Source: Mobula hypostoma (taxonomy: Eukaryota). From it: a stretch of 64,000 bases of DNA. The notes under the pieces are model-generated. The model did no database searches. It worked only from the letters and a program-made list of their open reading frames with translations, and had not been told where the DNA came from. This document shows, piece after piece, positions 60,700 to 64,000 of the stretch; the first letter of the stretch is position 1; the number at the start of each line of letters is the position of its first letter. Where the stretch lies: contig NC_086109.1 in the NCBI RefSeq assembly GCF_963921235.1, positions 24,740,001 to 24,804,000 of the forward strand. Direction: 5' to 3'. Both the position numbers and the translations under genes were made by a program.

Positions 60700-63100
60700 A
60701 TTTCATAGAACACTTCCTCCATTTGTTTGTCAATCTGACCTGGTCTTGCCTGTTGCGATACTGTCTGACCCACACTGCATCTCTGGGCTTGAATGACTTC
60801 ACCCGTCGACGAAGGTCTATGTGGCTGCCTTTGTGCACCTGACCATCTGATGTCTTAGATGTTGGACACTATAGCAGTATTGTATCCAACACTGTGTGCA
60901 GTTTTGTTCCCAAAAGCACTTCTGCTGGTAACTTCCCCTCAAGGCCTGGATGTGGTGTAATCCAATATGTCAGCAGAAATGTGCTGAGAGCTTCCACTGA
61001 TGCTCCTGCCTCTCTCGATTCCAGAAGTGACCGTTTGAAGACATCGACAAACCTCTCTGCTTGGCTGTTAGACTGCTGGAACCAACCTGAACCCAACATT
61101 TCGATGCAGATGCAAAGAAGGCATGGCAGTGGCTATATTTCATTTGGAGTTTGAGGAGATCTGTTCTGTCAGCAAAAACACTCACAAATTTCTGCAGATT
61201 CATCATGGAGAGCATTCTAACTGGCTGCATCACTATCTAATATGGGGAAGGGCTACTGCACAGGATCAAAGTAAGCTGCAGAGAGTTGTAAACTTAGTCA
61301 GCTCTATCACGGGCACTAGCCCCCGAGGTATCCTGGTCATCTTCAAGGAGAAATGCTTCAAAAAGGACAAGTCCACCATTATGGTCCCCATCACCCAGGA
61401 CGTGCCTTGGTCTTATTGCTATCATCAGGAAGGAGGTACAGAAGCGTGAAGGCACACGCTCAATGATTCAGGAATAGCTTCTTCCTTTCTGCCATCCGAT
61501 TTCTGAATGGACATTGAACCTGTGAACACTACCTCGCCACTTTTAAAAAATTTCTATTTTTCCACTACTTATTTAATTTATATCTACTGTAATTCAGGTT
61601 TTTGTCTATTATTATATATTGCATTTTATTGCTGCCACAAAGTCAGCAAATCTCACAAGATATGCTGGTGATATTAAACCTGATTCTGATTCTGATATGG
61701 GTGAATGGATGTGAATAATTCCGTTGTTCTGGCAGAATATAGGAAACTGCTGTGAACTGAATTGAGTGCAGTTGTCATAAACAAGTGTTCTAGCATCCCA
61801 AAGTGGCTAAAGATCTGCAATAGTTGTTCAATGGTAGCCTCTATCATTGTTGACTTCATAGACAATACTTCTGGCTATTTGGAATGGGTGTCAACCAGGG
61901 CCAGCAACTTAAAGATCTGGTAGCCTGAGGCCATGGTTGTGGATCAGATCTATTTGGATTCGTTGCTGCCATAGAGCATTGAGTACACAGTTTGAATATG
62001 GATGTGATATCTTTGTTTACGCAGGGCCTTCATTCGATTGATGCCTGGGTGATCACGGTGGAATTGTTTCAGTACTCTTGTTCGAAGAGTTCATAGAATC
62101 ACCATTCTGTCACCAAACATTAGGCAGGAGTCCACAGTTGAGAGTGATGTATGACATCAATAAAAGCATACGACATCTTCCTCAACCATGACTGGCCACC
62201 TGTCAAGGAAGTCTCTGGAGGTACGCTGAAGAAGAGGATCTACACCTGTTTCTGCTCTGAGCTTGTTGACCATGACCAGAAGACCTACAGCAGCATCCAA
62301 TACAACTTGGAGGACTTCAGAATCCACTGAGATTTCAAAATTGTAAGATAATAACTTTCTTGCCCACCTTTGTAGACAGTTACCTATATACACCAAGGTG
62401 CCTTTCTTAGACCCGAAGATGTTCAATAGTGGCTTGTGATCATTAAAAAGAGTGAAGCATCTGCAATGAAGTATTTGGTGGAATTTCTTCACAGTAAAGA
62501 TGATTTCCAAGTCTTCCTTCTGCATTTGTCCATAGTTCCTTTCTGCTGTGGTCAGTGATCTAATTACATGCATAACGGTTAGTTCTGACCCTGTAGTTGG
62601 ACTCATCTGTTATGACAACAATTTGCAACTCTGGGTTGAAATTCATCAAGAGACAGTGGGATGACAGAATATTCTTCACCCGATCAAAAGCTTCTTGGCA
62701 TTGCTTGGGCTATTTCTACATAGCATCCTTATTGACATTGAGTGAGTCCTTCAACCAGTGCATTGCTGGGAGAAACATTGAATAATGACTGATCATGCCC
62801 AAAAATGGTTGTAAAATGCTTACATCTGATGGTGGAGCATCTTTAAGATAGCAGTGATGTCTCTGAGATCTGGATGATGATTCATCAATGATGAATCCCA
62901 TCTTTGTTGCAAATTTGGTGTTTTTCACCCTCCTATAATGATTGATGAGACCTGAAGCCAGGAGCCAGACAGAGCCATTTCTCAATACACTCCTTTATTC
63001 AATAAAACCACACAATTATAAAATCTCAAAATTAAAACTCACCTGTACATCCCAAAGCATGACTATTTAAATAGCTTACCCAAAGAACATTCAAGACTTT
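60700..63100 (-). mobile_element. Internally deleted Ty3/Gypsy remnant
   Basis: RNase H (RSLTTAERNYGQMQKE...FTLFNDHKPL...LQRWA), integrase (QSNSQAERFVDVFKR; FLLTYWITPH); decayed PBS-like TTTGCAACAAAGATGG near 62900-62915; gag, protease and most RT absent. LTR boundary uncertain. Confidence 0.8.
61101..61695 (+). mobile_element. Rex1/Babar-like LINE 3' fragment inserted in Gypsy integrase
   Basis: KARQWLYFIWSLRR, ESILTGCI; ATTAAACCTGATTCTGATTCTGA tail. Confidence 0.8.
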
Positions 63101-63184
63101 GACTGGAACAATGATTAATTAGTGAAAGTCAGCCTGGGATTGGTTGTCATTTGACCAATGGGCATTGGTCATTTTGGCTTACTG

Positions 63185-64000
63185 CAACAGAAATCAAATC
63201 TTTAGCAAAAAGTGACACTGGATCAAAAGATGTAGAATCCTTTTGGGTAGAGTTACGAAGCTACAAGAGTTCCAGAAGTTCTGGAAAATCACAAATGTCA
63301 TTTCACTCTTTAAAAAGTTAGACCATCAAAAGACAAGAAATTATATGCCAGTTAGCTTGACATCAATGCTTTTCAAGATGTTAGAATACACTAGTAAGGA
63401 TGGAGCTTTGGCTTTTTTGGAGGCACACAACAAAATAAGCTGAAGTTAGCATGGTTTTCTTAAAGGGAGTTTTTATCTGATGAATCCGTTGGAATGCTTT
63501 GAGGAAATAACAGGCAGGATAGACAAAGCTTACTAAGATTTTCAGAAGGCATTCAACAAGGTGGCAGACAAGAGGCTGCTAAACAAGTAAGAGCCTATGA
63601 TATTACAAGAAAGATGCTAGTATGGACAGATAATTAGCTAACTGCAGGAGGCAAAGAATTGGAGTAAAAGGGGCCTTTTCTGCTTAGCTGCCAATGACTG
63701 GAGGTCAGTGTTGGGTCTGCCTCTTTTTCTGTTGGATGTAAATTATCTGGATGATGAAATTGATGGATTTGTTGCTAAGTTTGTGGTTGATACAAAATGG
63801 GACAGGTTTGTGGAGGGACAGGTACTGTTGAGGAAGTAGGAAGTTTACAGAAGGACATGGGCAGATTAGGAGAATGGTCTAAAAGGTGGAAGATGGAATA
63901 TTGTGCAGGGAAGTTTATGGTCATGCATTTTGGTAGAAGGAATAAAGGCATATTTTATAAGTGGGGAGCAAATACAAAAATTGGAAATGGAAAGGAGCGT
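63185..64000 (+). mobile_element. Decayed CR1 ORF2 fragment running off the window
   Basis: ESFWVELRS joined directly to WKITNVISLFKK...NYMPVSLTS; DFQKAFNKV; KFVVDTK. Confidence 0.8.

Overview
This is eukaryotic, repeat-dense, apparently non-genic DNA (intron or gene desert). The repeat mix (V-SINE/HE1-like SINEs, CR1 and Rex1/Babar LINEs, Penelope-like elements) is what I associate with a cartilaginous fish, probably a ray or shark; that assignment is inference. No intact host protein-coding gene is supported: every informative ORF is a broken transposon remnant (CR1, Rex/Babar and Penelope RT, three decayed Ty3/Gypsy elements, Harbinger and Tc1 transposase fragments). Many insertions are nested and have readable target-site duplications (TSDs). 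The most notable signal is a family of short Penelope-derived insertions with 14-15 bp TSDs that carry a minimal hammerhead-ribozyme motif. Two of them are long hairpins whose inversion point lies at the ribozyme core. Other observations: modular tRNA/CORE SINEs with exchanged tails, an inverted local duplication inside a LINE, a three-TIR Tc1 MITE family, and several repeat-free blocks that resemble enhancers. Family names come from motif recognition by eye, not database searches. Boundaries without TSDs are approximate.
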